A stretch of 64,000 bases of DNA from Eledone cirrhosa (lineage: Eukaryota), in assembly GCA_964016885.1 (NCBI GenBank), contig OZ024751.1:4650001-4714000 (forward strand). Reading direction: 5' to 3'. Each line of letters begins with the position of its first letter. The stretch's first letter is position 1. Of the stretch, positions 13,408 to 26,612 are shown one piece after another. The position numbers were made by a program, and so were the translations under genes. The notes below the pieces were generated by a model. That model was not told where the DNA came from. It saw only the letters and a program-made list of their open reading frames with translations, and did not search any database.

Positions 13408-13856
13408 TATATATATATATATGACATTTTCAGCCAACCCCCGTATATATATATATACATATATATATGCATGCACACACACACATATATATATATATAG
13501 ACATAGATATAAATATTTTAAATGCCAGTGTATCTAGAACATTTAAACATTAACTGAATAAGATGTATACAATAGGTTACAGCAGTGACATATACAGATA
13601 CTTTCGTTGGGTTATACACCCCAACTCAGCCTGTTATATAAATAAAGATGGTTACCTCCACTGTTTTAACCAATTATACTTAACTCGTCCTATGGACCGA
13701 CTGCTCTTATTTACCCTTGGATATTTCTACCACCAATCTTGTACTACAGTGTATATATATATGTACTCCAGTACACCCACACACACATATACAGTTGGTT
13801 ATACATGGCTAGCAGCATTTCCCAATGATTGCATAACTGCACTTATGATTACATAA

Positions 13857-13907
13857 GAATCTGATGAAGTCATATGCATAACCATGTAACAGAAATATAC
13901 ATCATGC
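13857..13907 (+). ncRNA. Type I hammerhead ribozyme motif (weak stem I)
   Basis: CTGATGA-a-gtcatatg(cataac)catgtaac-a-GAAA-t-atac-a-TC. Confidence 0.55.
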
Positions 13908-13911
13908 AATA

Positions 13912-14990
13912 AAACAAGGACTCATGCCACCCTCCCACTGTTTTTGGAAAAACTTCGTTAAGAATATCAGTACTAGAATCTCAAACCTCTCCTCTAATAA
14001 GGCTATCTTTGACAGGGCGGCACCCTACTATAACACGGCGTTGGCTAACAGCGGCTTCTCACAACCTATCACTTACTCTCCCACTAGCAACAACACCATT
14101 AAGAAAAGTAAGCGCAACAATAGACAAACTATCTGGTTCTCTCCTCCAATGTAGGAAAAAAATTTCTAGCCCTCTTAGATAGACACTTTCCGATAGGTCA
14201 TAAATACCGATCCATCTTTAACCGACACAAAGTTAAACTAGGATACTCCTGCGCTAAGAACATAAAGGCCCACATCACCAGCAGCCCTAGGAGCAGCACC
14301 CCACCAGGGTGCTCTTGCCGTAAGCCTGAAGCTTGTCCCCTTCAACAGCAATGCAACACACCAGCTGTAATTTATGAAGCTGTGGTCACTTCCAACCGAC
14401 CAAACGAACCAAAGGAGGTCAAATCCTATGTGGGCATGGTGGAGGGCCGATTTAAGGAACGTTTCCTGAACCACCAGTCTACCTTCAGGTACCCGGACAG
14501 ACGTTCATCCACGAAACTCGCGAGCAACGTATGGTCTCTCAAGGACTCAAGTATAGACTACTCCATTCAATGGAAAGCCATCACTAAGTCTAAGCCATAC
14601 GCAAGGGGAAATCCGACGTGTGGCTTATGTATTGACGAACGAATAACTATTCTAAAGAGATTACGCAATAGTGATTGCCTGAACACGAGAAATGAATTTT
14701 TTATACGTTGTCCACACGTCGCCAAACACCTATTGCATAACCTCAAGGCTCCGGACTGATTCTTTGTAATTTTATTTTCAACCTAAAAACTTTTCGGACT
14801 TTCGCAGTTATCTCCCTTACACTTCTCGCACGCAGTCTAGTATTGCCTGTGTGAAGTGACCGGGTTTCTGCGCATGCGCGTTCGTACGGTTGTCCTTCCT
14901 GTTCCTATAACCATGCCCATTCCGAGCTGAGGATCCGCTAAGGTGAAACAATTGTTCTCGGTATGGTGAACTAACTGTTGTGTAACCACT
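13912..14990 (+). mobile_element. Penelope-like retroelement, Naiad/Chlamys-type, 5'-truncated (RT thumb, linker, GIY-YIG, pLTR)
   Basis: HPP..KNISTRISNLSS..YYNTALANSGF, IWFSPP, KFLALLDRHFP..IFNR..YSC, CPL..C..VIYEA..YVGMVEGRFKERFLNH, CGLCIDER, LNTRNEFFIRCPH; frameshifted; hammerhead in 3' part. Confidence 0.88.
14922..14961 (+). ncRNA. Minimal type I hammerhead ribozyme in PLE pLTR
   Basis: CCGAG-CTGAGGA-tcc(gctaa)ggt-GAAA-C-AATT-GTT-CTCGG; perfect 5-bp stem I, palindromic stem III CAATTG. Confidence 0.8.
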
Positions 14991-15018
14991 TATATATATA
15001 TATATATATATACACACG

Positions 15019-15074
<56 letters not shown>

Positions 15075-15689
15075 GTATGTATATAATATATGAGAGTATC
15101 TTGGTCAACCGACCTTTGTATTTTGTGCATCTATAGTATTCTACTACGTATAGATAACAAATGTAATTTGACGATCCTTTGTAAGCTTCAAACTAAATAT
15201 ACATAATGTCTCTCTATTCGAGTTTTCACATTAAATCAACTAAGATTAAAAATTTAAGCTACGCCTAAGAGAACATTGTGTTTGATATGATATTTACGTA
15301 ATTGAGGTTGGGGGGAAATCACTTGACGAAACAATAGTACATCGCAGTATTGTATTCAAATCTATTTTGAAACGTTAACTAATCTAATTTACCCCAATAT
15401 TGATGTAACTATTTCAGTTTAATATATAATTTAATTCACTGACTCCTAATCGAATGTACTTTGTAGTATCATGTATAACTAGAGTAAGTTGAGCAATAAA
15501 TTTCCCTTTCTATGACCTCTCAATACCCTGCGTCCTTTCACTAATTTAATTGCTAACCCTCAAATGATTCAACGTTACATAAATTACTACGGCTAGTTAT
15601 GGCGGTTACTGATAGTGCTATTGTTAATAACGTTGTTGTTGTTTTTGTTGTTGTTGCTGAATTATTAAATTGTTCACTTCACTATTAGG

Positions 15690-15945
15690 CTCGTGGTTTA
15701 TTGGTTGTAGAATTGGATTCGCAACATCACGTTTGTAAGTTCGGTTGCCGGATCGGGTGATGTGTTAGATCCTTGAGCAAAACACTTTATTTCACGTTGC
15801 TTTTTCTGCCTTGAGTTACAACCGGTAGATATTATCAGCAACGGAAAGACCAACGGAAACATTGTTTCCTTAGTCCAATTTGATGAGGTCCACCCCACTC
15901 AATAAACGAATGAAGTCTGGGATCTTATCGATCGATTCAATGATG
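15690..15945 (+). mobile_element. CORE-like SINE (family B head, alternative tail)
   Basis: CCTTGAGCAAAACACTTTATTTCAC; reverse complement of the 16545-16795 copy. Confidence 0.75.
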
Positions 15946-16112
15946 ATGTCGACAATTATCAGGTTACGGGTTCGATCCCATTGCGCGATATCTTTCTGTA
16001 GCCTCGGGTCGAACTAAGCCTTGTATGAGAAAAAGAGCAACAAACTTTTCCCGAATAGCCTCACAATACTCTGTATCGTTTCACTAATTTAATAACTACT
16101 CCTCAAATGATT

Positions 16113-16465
16113 TGTAGCGCTCTCTAGATAGGGATGTAGTTAGAGTTACTTCCTGTCGAAAGTCTAGAACCCTCTTTTGCAACTTCCGGAAAGAGGTTAT
16201 AAATAACGACAACACAGCCAGCTCTTTCTCTCTTTGGCGCTTTTCCTTTGAACCGACAACACTGAAGATGAACATGTTAATCACGGGCTTGGACTATACC
16301 TAAATATGTACGAGGATATTTGTGTACCACAATTATAACGGAGTTACAATAAAATGAAGACTTGTATTCGATATGGTGTTTTGTAAATATATCTTATCCT
16401 TTTCTGTATAAAATTTAGTAGTTAGATTCCGGTGATATTTACTCAAGTAAATAATCCTGGGTCTG
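16113..16465 (+). other. Copy 1 of a duplicated promoter-like unit (TATA 16198, pyrimidine initiator ~16222, AATAAA 16348)
   Basis: Collinear similarity to 17403-17845. Confidence 0.45.
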
Positions 16466-16544
16466 ACAGAAGACTAAAGATTCAACGTGACATAAATTAC
16501 TACAGCTACTTCACTTGTTGGACGGCGTAGTGTCGAACTCTCTC

Positions 16545-16795
16545 GCTCTGATCGATCGACAAAATCGCAGACCTCATTCGTTTGGGGTGGACCTCGTCAA
16601 ATTGGACCAAGGAAACAATGTTTACATTGATCTTTCCATTGCTGATACTATCTACCGGTCGCACAACTCCTGGTAGAAAGAGTAACGGGAAATAAAGTGT
16701 CTTGCTCAAGGACCCAACGCATCACCCGGTCCGAGAATTGAACTCGCAACTTTCTGATTGCGAATCCAACTCTCTAACCACTAAGCCATGTGCCG
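16545..16795 (-). mobile_element. CORE-like SINE (family B head, alternative tail)
   Basis: Reverse complement begins GGCACATGGCTTAGTGGTTAGAG...GAGTTCAATTCTCGGACC...CCTTGAGCAAGACACTT. Confidence 0.8.
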
Positions 16796-17402
16796 ACTGT
16801 TGAACTATGAATAGCTATCTCACTGAAATGAATGTTGCCTATGAAGTCATAGGATAATATGGCGAGGAGATAAATGGTTCTTCGATCTTAATAGAATTTC
16901 GGTTCATTCAAAATATTAATCGTTAAACGAAAGAAAACAAAACATTCTTTATGAACGTTGTAAATAACACGACTATTTTCGGACTGTAGAATTCTAGAAT
17001 CTTTCAGCATTCACTGTGAACCAACCAATCGGTTTCCTTACAAGTTTAATCTTAGTTCTATATTTTTATTCAGTAACTCTATTGGGATGTTTTGTGGTAT
17101 ACTAAAGTTTCAAGGAGATAAACAGTTGAGAAACTTATACTTCTCTCTTTTCCACCTCTTCTATCTCTTTCCACCCCTATCTCTCTCTCTCTTCTCGTAT
17201 CTCTATCTCTGTTCCTCTCTCTTCCCTCGGAACTATCTCTATTTCACTCTTTTCTCACAACTCTCCCTCTCCCCTTTCTCGTATCTGTCCCATTCTCTTC
17301 CGTAACTCTATTTTTCTCTTCCCCCCTGGAAAGTATGCTATATTAATCTACGAGAACAATCTATATCAACAGTACAAGCTAATGAAACACTCGTTAATAA
17401 CT

Positions 17403-17845
17403 TGTAGCGCTCTCTAGACAAAGGGAAGTAGCTAGAGTTACTTCCCGTAGAATTTCTAGAACATTCCTTGAACTTCCGTTCCAGGTAATATAAAAGAAAG
17501 AGAAAAGGGCAATCTCTCTCTCTTTGGCAACAGGCTCTAGAACTGACCACACCGAGCACAAATATGTTAAGCTTTTTCTAATCCTATCTTGTATTTCAGG
17601 ATTACACCATATCATGTCACGAGGTACGTTTTGTTACCAAATTGTAATACACGCACTACAATAAATACCAATTGTTATTGATACTCGTTTTGAGATATTC
17701 GTCATGCTTCATTTTATTACTTCGAATGTAGAGAGAGAATTCTAACCAAGGAAAATTTCATAAAAGTTCTTCTACATTTTCTTTCAAATTAAATTAGTGG
17801 TTGGCATGCAGTGGTATTTACTGGAGTAAATAACCCTATGACCAA
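17403..17845 (+). promoter_or_regulatory. Copy 2 of duplicated unit with perfect 3-unit heat-shock element (17454-17466), TATAAAA (17489), CT-rich initiator, AATAAA (17660)
   Basis: TTCtaGAAcaTTC; canonical spacing of TATA to CTCTCTCTCTTT. Confidence 0.45.
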
Positions 17846-18194
17846 CTCACTAAAACCCTAATTACACAATTCTCTTAAGACGTAGTTGTAATTGTAGGAG
17901 GAAAAAATGAGGAGAGGAAAAGAGTGGAACGACAGTGGCGATGATAATGACGACGAAGATGAGGGACAGACCCCTTATATTTTAAAAGCACTCTTACATA
18001 GGTGAGGGTGATGTGGCCGATACCCACCTTGAACATTTACACAGTGATGCCAGTGTTAGACGGGTGACAAAAACAGCATCAATGACACAACACAACATTA
18101 TCATCAACAAAAACATCACCATCACCACCACCAACATCAACAACAAAAACGAGACCAAATATATGCTCAATTCAACTTACATAAAATATATCTA

Positions 18195-18443
<249 letters not shown>

Positions 18444-18496
18444 TTAAGAGAAAATCAAAGACGAAAGAAATAAGCGATATACTGCAAGATAAATAA

Positions 18497-18705
18497 TAGT
18501 TTCTGATTTAGGCACAAGGCCAGCAATTTTGGGGGAGGGGAAAGTCGATTAAATCAACCCCAGTCTGTGACTGGTACTTTATTTTATCAACCACGTAATG
18601 ATGAAAGGCAAAGCTAACCTCGGTGGGATTCGAACTAAGAACGTAAAGGGCCATAACTATATGCTGCAAAGACGTTCGACCGATACTGCCTATCTACCGC
18701 CCTAA
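18497..18705 (-). mobile_element. Family-A SINE
   Basis: Conserved family motifs on minus strand. Confidence 0.8.
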
Positions 18706-19015
18706 CTGGAAGATAAATGATAAAACATATCATCCAATGAAATGGTGGGTTGGGGTGGAAGTAGGGGTCAGGAATTCTCGTGGTTCATGGTCATGCCAAG
18801 TGAGGTGAGGGTGGGGGCTTCGTCATGCCACAAGTAGCAGCTAAATATCTTTCCCCACATAAAAAAGACACATTAACTAAAGTAGTCCTAGATACACTAA
18901 TCTTCAAATGACAAGATGACATGGTCACACTTGAAAACATCTTCGCTCATACTTGAACAGGATTAATTTTGATGAAAATAGCAATGACCTATACACAATA
19001 TAATCATATACGGGT

Positions 19016-19051
<36 letters not shown>

Positions 19052-19109
19052 ACACACACACATACACACACGCACGCACGCACGTACGTACGTACATACA
19101 TATATATAT

Positions 19110-19968
19110 ATGGTGGCTGCCAACTCGTTTTCGAGTACGGCCACTACTTTATATCCATGTAGGAGAACCCCAACCGATGCGCTGAACGAGTGTGACTTTT
19201 TAGTCCAGTCAGCGACTTGAAAACTCTGGTACGAACACTACACTTGTGACAATTATTGATACATAGTGCTGGGCCCATCGTACCATGTGACGACAAGTGC
19301 AGAGAGATCTCCAGATATAAAGCAATGCCTGTGCCGTGAAGCTTTTATAGTGAGCAAAGGCACTGCACAAAGCCAGTCCCACTCTCTTAACCAAGATGAT
19401 ATTTACCAAAAAGAAGAACAAGTCAACATCATTGGATACCATCAGGGTTGCAGGTGTTATATCAGAGTTTTCCTTCTCCTAGAATTCTGCCTTGACAAAG
19501 GCTAAGGGGTCATCTCTCCCAGTGATTTTGGATGGCCATTGACTCTTAAGAGCTCCTTTGCCCTTTGACAGGTTTTGTTTTGAGTCCTGCAGGATGTCCA
19601 AAGTCACCCTCCATACATACATACAGTCAACATGGTGGCTGCCAACTCGTTTTCGAGTACGGCCACTACTTTATATCCATGTAGGAGAACCCCCACCGAT
19701 GCACTGAACGAGTGTGACTTTTTAGTCCAGCCAGCGACTTGAAAACTCTGGTACAAACACTACACTTGTGACAATTATTGACACAGTGCTGGGCCCATGG
19801 TACCATGTGACGACAAGTGCAGAGAGATCTCCAGATATAAAGCAATGCCTGTGCCGTGAAGCTTTTATAGTGAGCAAAGGCACTGCACAAAGCCAGTCCC
19901 ACTCTTTTAACCAAGATGATATTTACCAAAAAGAACAATTCAACATCATTGGATACCATCAGGGTTGC
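19110..19968 (-). mobile_element. Two tandem non-autonomous RTE-derived elements (19110-19610 and 19632-19968; ~340-bp near-identical direct repeat)
   Basis: Minus strand encodes CSVCTRVFKSLAGLKSHTRSVH, a C2H2 finger like RTE C-termini. 3' end GTGGCCGTACTCGAAAACGAGTTGGCAGCCACCAT then (TA/TACA)n. 5' part shared with 42866-43407. Confidence 0.75.
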
Positions 19969-20000
19969 ATACAGTCAACATACATACATACATACATACA

Positions 20001-20095
<95 letters not shown>

Positions 20096-20443
20096 CAATA
20101 TGTTAGGAAAACCAGACAAGGTGTAATTAGAAAAACTCATTTAATTATATAGTCTAACACGTGTTTCATCATTGTGTTACGTCACAGGGTCTACGAGAGC
20201 TGTTTAGAGATATTAGCTGCTCCAATCACTTGGCTGTATAAGTGTTTTATGTCCTACGGTTAAGCTTCTGCTATCGACATGGTGAAAGCTTAACCGCAGG
20301 GCAGAAAACCCTCACAATATTTATACTCAAGTTTTCGTAAGCATAGAGTACATTTTATCCACCACTCTAATGGTTCTGCCACGCCACCACCCTTACACAG
20401 CACAACATATAAAAGAAATAATACTAAATGAAGTAGATATTTA

Positions 20444-20797
<354 letters not shown>

Positions 20798-22323
20798 CTA
20801 ACGTAGAGCTGAGGAAATAAATTTATAAGCCGTAGGAAGCTCAAACGCAGAAAATAACTGCAATTACAGTCGGCTGCCAGGAAATAGCTTATAATAATCA
20901 GGTAAAGACCCTTAGAGACGGAAAAATGATACAGTGGCCGCTACGAAGAATCGAACTTCGTATCTCCTAGATACCGGCTAGTTTCTCTAACTATTGATTT
21001 AAAGGGACCCCTGACAACATCTTACAGCTATTTTCTTATATGTACACGTGCATACATATATATACTGAATAGAGAAGAAGAGAAAGAGAGAGAATATATT
21101 GGAGAGTGAAAGCTAGTAAAAGAAAAAGAGAGAGGGGGAAGCAAGAGAAAGAGCAATATAGATAGATAGAAATAAAGAGAGGGAGAGAGAGAGAGAACGT
21201 ATTGGCGAGTGAAAACTATTGAAAAGGAGTCAGAGAGAAAGGTGGGGGCGAGGATAGGAAAGAGTATGAAAAGAATAGATTCGAAAACTGATTAAATCCC
21301 CCCCCCCCTCTCTCTCTCTCTACAATCATATAATTATATCAAGGTAAAAAACGTCATAAATAATTATTACCTGTGTGGAAATAGAACATAATTATATTCA
21401 TTAAACAGCTGAAAATGTCATTTGTAGACAAATTTCAATGTTACGGCATTGATAATATTCTTATATATGGTCTTATATGTTTGTTACTTTTTTCGGTTTT
21501 CGTTTTTTGTTTTGCCGTGAATTTGGATGATTTCAAGAATACCGACATTTTTATCGAATCAGCGATGGATTTTATAGGAACTGGGTTCCACTTGTAATGG
21601 CGATATCACCAACTTTGTCGCTTAAGTGACAGACAAATCTAAGCATTGCTGTCCGTAACACATAGATAAGCGGAACATAATGAAATAACGTTACTTGACC
21701 GGCCAATACTTTATCGTGCCGGTCATTGACCAGTCCCCCGGTGTTCCCCGGTGTCCTCCCCACTTCCCGGACTGCCCCTTTCCGCCATAAAACTGGGAGG
21801 AGTGGATCCCGCCCGAGGAAGAAGCTCCCGTGAGATAGAGTGACTGATGCAGCGAGTGTCGTTGGCTGCATTCGTTATCGTGTCAAACTGCTTAGACTGG
21901 AATGCAGGATCTGTTTCTTCCTTTCCCCTATTTTTCTTTATATATGAAATATGTTATCCACTCTACTCAACTCTTAATTTCTACCCACTCCTTTTCTGTC
22001 GACCATATATGGTAAACATCAAAACCTTCACCCATACCAAATAATAATGGTTCCACACCAAAGCACACAGATTGATAGTGTGAAACTCTTTACTCCGACT
22101 CGCTCTCCTCTCTACTACCACACTAACTGATTGTATTTCATTCTATTTTTAACTAATATTTTCTTAAACGAAAATCCCATTGCTGAACTCTACCGTGTAG
22201 TGAATAGTTGAATTTCACTATTATAGGCTTTCTGATGAAGTGTAATAAATAATTAAGTATCGCATATGATTGAACAATAGATATTGTAGTCAGCATATGT
22301 AAACAATTATAATAGACACAGAA

Positions 22324-22800
22324 ACTTAAATATAAGTATGTATACATACATACATATATGTATACAGACGTACAGTAGTATGTATATATATATACATACA
22401 TGCACACATATATATATGTACGTATGGATTCAGCAAACATTTATTATAATGCTCGGTGTGTTTGTAAACAAACATCCCGTATAAAGCCGCAGTGTCTAGC
22501 AACCACCGTTGCTTGTTTGTTTAACACTGACAAAGGAACGCTGTACTAGTTTCAAGCTTGTTAGCTATCGTCAGCAACGTATACCTTCCTGCTAGATTGT
22601 TGAACGTCCGAAAGTATATACTTTCCTTATGCATATTAACGGCTGAGTAGCCCGTTGGTGAATCCATAAGTACATATATATATATGTGTGCATGTATGTA
22701 TATATATATACGTATATATGTACGTCTGTATACATACTTATATTTAAGTAACAGCCGTACTAAGAGTGGGAAATGAAATTTCGTTTCATTTTTTCCGTTT
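22324..22800. mobile_element. PLE pLTR-like fold-back element with hammerhead on minus strand
   Basis: 22426-22650 is the reverse complement of 30835-31075; arms 22324-22438 and 22653-22750 are inverted; tail matches 31171-31230. Confidence 0.75.
22538..22580 (-). ncRNA. Minimal type I hammerhead ribozyme
   Basis: ACGTTG-CTGACGA-t-agct(aaca)agct-t-GAAA-C-TA-GTA-CAGCGT. Confidence 0.85.
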
Positions 22801-22814
22801 ATATATATATCTAT

Positions 22815-23274
22815 CTAAGGCGGGTAAAATTCCCGAGATCCATGGACGAGTTCTCTCCAGCGGTCTCTGTCCCTCATTATCGCTGCCATGTCCTGCGTCT
22901 CCAACAGACCAGTGTCTGTCCTGAGGGCATCAACATACGTTAACCTTGGTCTTCCTCTTCTAGTGTGTCCATGTAGGGGCTCCCACAGGAGCACTGAGTG
23001 CAATGTCAACTCTGGATGTCGGTGAGCATGTCCAGCTAACCTCAGTCTCCTCTGTGTCACTTTTGAGCTGACTTTTGGGATGCTCCCATACAGCTCTGAG
23101 TTTTTCATCCTCAGTGTATACTGATTAATGTTCAGAGCCATCCTCAGCATTCTCGTGTAGCACCCATCCACCATCTGAGTGAGTTTCTTGGTCAGTGTCC
23201 AAGTCTCAGACCCATGCAGCAGCGCAGACTCCACTACAGCAATGAAGAGGCGGATTTTCAGGTCTCTACGAAGG
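22815..23274 (-). mobile_element. RTE LINE 3' segment (non-inverted part of 5'-inverted insertion)
   Basis: LRRDLKIRLFIAVVESALLHGSETW...GRPRLTYVD...RDRWREL...* continues exactly where the plus-strand RT stops at 26131. Confidence 0.92.
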
Positions 23275-26127
23275 GTATGACATTAAACTACATCCAGTGG
23301 CAAGGCTCCAGTTCGGGAGTTCAGGAGATGTGGGGAATGTGGAGTTACCCCTTAGTTGTCATGACTCCCAGGTCTGCCCTGGCCCGGGGCGGTAGTACCT
23401 GTTAGGGCTCCATTTATGGGTTAAATAACTACCTTATTCGAGTGGCGCCGGTAAGGTATTGTCAGCCATTGAAAAGAAATATGGAGAGTCGATCTAACAG
23501 CACGAGGGTTAGAGCCCCTAATTACACTGTCAAGGAGCAGCCTGGTCGTTATGACTCTGCTGGCTTAGAGCCACAGAGAGGGCCAGTGGATGATGGATCA
23601 GCTGTCTCTGAGACAAATATAAAGAATGCAGTTTTGTCCTGCAGAAGAGCCATCAAAATGGGCACTTTGAATGTGAGGACTATTCGGACGCTGGAGAAGA
23701 GAGAGGAGTTTGGACATCTGTTCGAGGAGAGTGGTATACAGATGCTTGCGATCCAAGAACACAGGATCCTACACGATGAGCCCGTGAGGAGTGTGATGAT
23801 CGGGAAGAAGAGCCAGCTCATCACTACATCGGCAGTGAAGAACACAACAAATGCTGCAGTAGGAGGAGTGGGTTTTGTGTTCAGTGCAAAAACCAATCTG
23901 TTGGTGAGGGAAATAATGCCTATCTCCCCGCGAGTGTTGAGGGTGACCTTCAATGGAAACCCAAGACTGACAGTCATCTCAGCCTATAGTCCAACCGAGG
24001 GGGACAGTGATATGAGTGCGGAAGAGTTCCATGAGGAGGTGTGTAGAACTGTCAACACCACTCAGGCGCACAATATCCTGCTTGTTTTGGGGGACTTCAA
24101 TGCACATCTGAGTAAGGAGGGCAGTGAAGATCCTTGCTGGTACTTCCATAACAACACCAACCGAAATGGAAGACTACTGAGAGACACCCTGCTGGAGGCG
24201 AACTTGATGGCGACCAACCTAAGGTTTAGGAAGAATCTGGGGAAGATGTGGACCTACATCTCAGATATGCACCTGTCCAAGTCCCAGATTGATTTCATTC
24301 TGGTGAGGAAAAAGTGGCGGAATAGTGTTCTGAACACGGAACCATACAGCTATTTCAGTACACTGGGTAGTGACCACCGGCTTGTTATGAGTGAGGTACG
24401 GGTGAGCTTAAGAAAGAGCAAGGGTCGGCCCCGGAGAACAATCTGTGACTGGGGAGCTTTCAAGGAAGATGATAAGCTACAGAAGAGGTTCGCAGTGGAA
24501 GTGAGAAACAGGTTTAGTGCTCTGTGTGGAGAGTCAGAGGAGAGAGAGAGATTGGATGGACTGAGGAGAGTGTGACGAGGAGGTACGGGCACTTCACCAA
24601 TGCAGTGGCGGAAGCAAGTGAAACCCTGGTGCCGAGGAAAAAGAACAAAGGGAAGCACGTCAGCTCTGCAAACCCAAAAGTGTGTGCAGCCAGAGAACAC
24701 CTGAAAGCTGCCAGGGACCAATTCTATGCTGATCCTACGGAGGAGAGGATGGAGACTGTGGAGGTGATGAGGGAAGAGCTCTGTACCGCTTACACTGAGG
24801 TCAGAGAGGAGGCACTGATAGAGAAGATCAGAAGTGTGGAGAGAGCGGTTGACAGATCTGGATGTAAGGAGAGCTGGATGATCATCAACGAAATCACAGG
24901 GAGGAAGAGAAGGTGTTCGAGTCAGATCCAGGGAACGGGGCCCGAGGATAGGAAGAGGAAATGGCTAGACCATTTTAGGACCCTACTAGGAGAGCCACCC
25001 TCCACAGCCCAGAGCACTGAGGAGATCAGGCGGCTGTTTGAGGAACTGGATGTTGAGACAGAGCCCTTCACCAGAGAGGAGCTTCAGAGAGCCAAGAAGA
25101 GGATCAAGGAGAGCAAGGCTCATGGAGAAGATGGAGTGGCATCAGAGGTGATGAAGAGGTGTGATTTTGATGATATCATCCTGGGGTTCTGTAACGGGGC
25201 ACTGGAGAAAGGAGTTGCCCCGAATCAGTGGAGGATCAGTAACATCGTCCCAGTGCCAAAGAAGGGAGATCTATCTAACACCAACAACTATCGGGGGATC
25301 TCACTGACGTCACTTGTGGCAAAGACCCTCAACAGGATGATTCTTAACAGGATCCAGCCTGAGATGGAGAAGAAGCTCAGGGACAACCAGAACGGCTTCA
25401 GAGAGGGTAGATCAACCACCAGTCACATCCTGATGCTGAGGAGGATATTAGAGGGAGCTAGAGCAAAGTGCCTTCCTGCGGTCATGGTTTTCATTGACTT
25501 TAGGAAGGCCCTTGATTCTGTGGACCGTTACTGCCTGATGAAGATCTTACAGGCTTATGGAATCCCCAAGAAGATAGTGGACCTGATATCACTGCTCTAC
25601 ACCAACACCAAAGCCCAAGTCATTACACCTGATGGGATGACAGTTCTTTGAGATACTGGCTGGAGTGCTCCAGGGAGATACATTGGCTCCCTACCTTTTT
25701 ATCATCGTAGTGGACTATTGTATGCGCCTTGCACTGGAGAAACACCAAGACTCTGGCTTTACTGTAGCACCGGCTCAGAGCAAGAGAGTTAGGGCGAAAA
25801 AGGTATCGGATGCTGAATTTGCCGACGACATAGTTTTGGTGACAAATACAGTGAAGGAGGCAGAGGATTTGATGCGGGAGGTTGAGACTGTGTCGATGAG
25901 TGTGGGGCTGAGAATGAATGAGACTAAAACAAAATATCTGGTAGAGAATGTTGAGAAGCCAGAGGGGATCACTAATGTAGGCAGGAAGCCGCTGGAATTG
26001 GTTGAGGACTTCCTGTATTTGGGAGCAAAGATTGGGAATACGGAAGATGATGTGGTTGAGAGGAAGAGCAAGGACTGGGCGGCGTGCCACAGCTTGAGAT
26101 CGGTGTGGAAGTCGGACCTTCGTAGAG

Positions 26128-26131
<4 letters not shown>
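23275..26131 (+). mobile_element. RTE LINE 5' segment (5' UTR, APE endonuclease, RT), inverted relative to its 3' end
   Basis: ORFs 23442-24575 (GTLNVRT, IQEHR, GDFNAH, IDFILV, SDHRLV), 24524-25651 and 25665-26131 (NYRGISL, IDFRKALDS, QGDTLAPYLF, FADD); two frameshifts. Confidence 0.93.
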
Positions 26132-26213
<82 letters not shown>

Positions 26214-26526
26214 TAAAAGTTTACATATAGCTCTGATTGTTTAATTTATAAATTTTCAATGAGCCACAAAGTGTCCAGTTGCAAAACACGTATATGTATA
26301 TGTATGTATATATATATGTAAACTTTTATATGTAATAATCTCCCATTAGGTTGAGATACAAATTTGGCTGTATTGTGCTGTGCTTTCTAGCAAAAATGCC
26401 ACCAGTCGTAAGCAACTACCACACCCCTTCCAACCTGACCGCGACTACGTCACGATTTTTAGCCATTTTGAAATGAATTTCTTGGCGCGATCACTTTGGA
26501 AAATTTAGTGTCTAGATAAGAGCGAG

Positions 26527-26612
26527 CTTCCTGATGAATCCGGCGCTCGAGTTTATATAATTATTACATAATTATTGGAAAACTCAAAATACGGACGAAA
26601 CCATGGTAGAGG
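26527..26612 (+). ncRNA. Type I hammerhead ribozyme with long stem II
   Basis: CTTC-CTGATGA-atccg..gagttt..aaactc..cggac-GAAA-C-CATG-GTA-GAGG; palindromic stem III CCATGG. Confidence 0.75.

Noticed and set aside
13912-14990. Selenoprotein-coding Naiad element
   Set aside because: No in-frame TGA at conserved Cys positions in the visible fragment and no recognisable SECIS.
15875-15920. Hammerhead in SINE tail (TTGATGAG...GAAT)
   Set aside because: Core incomplete and stems do not pair.
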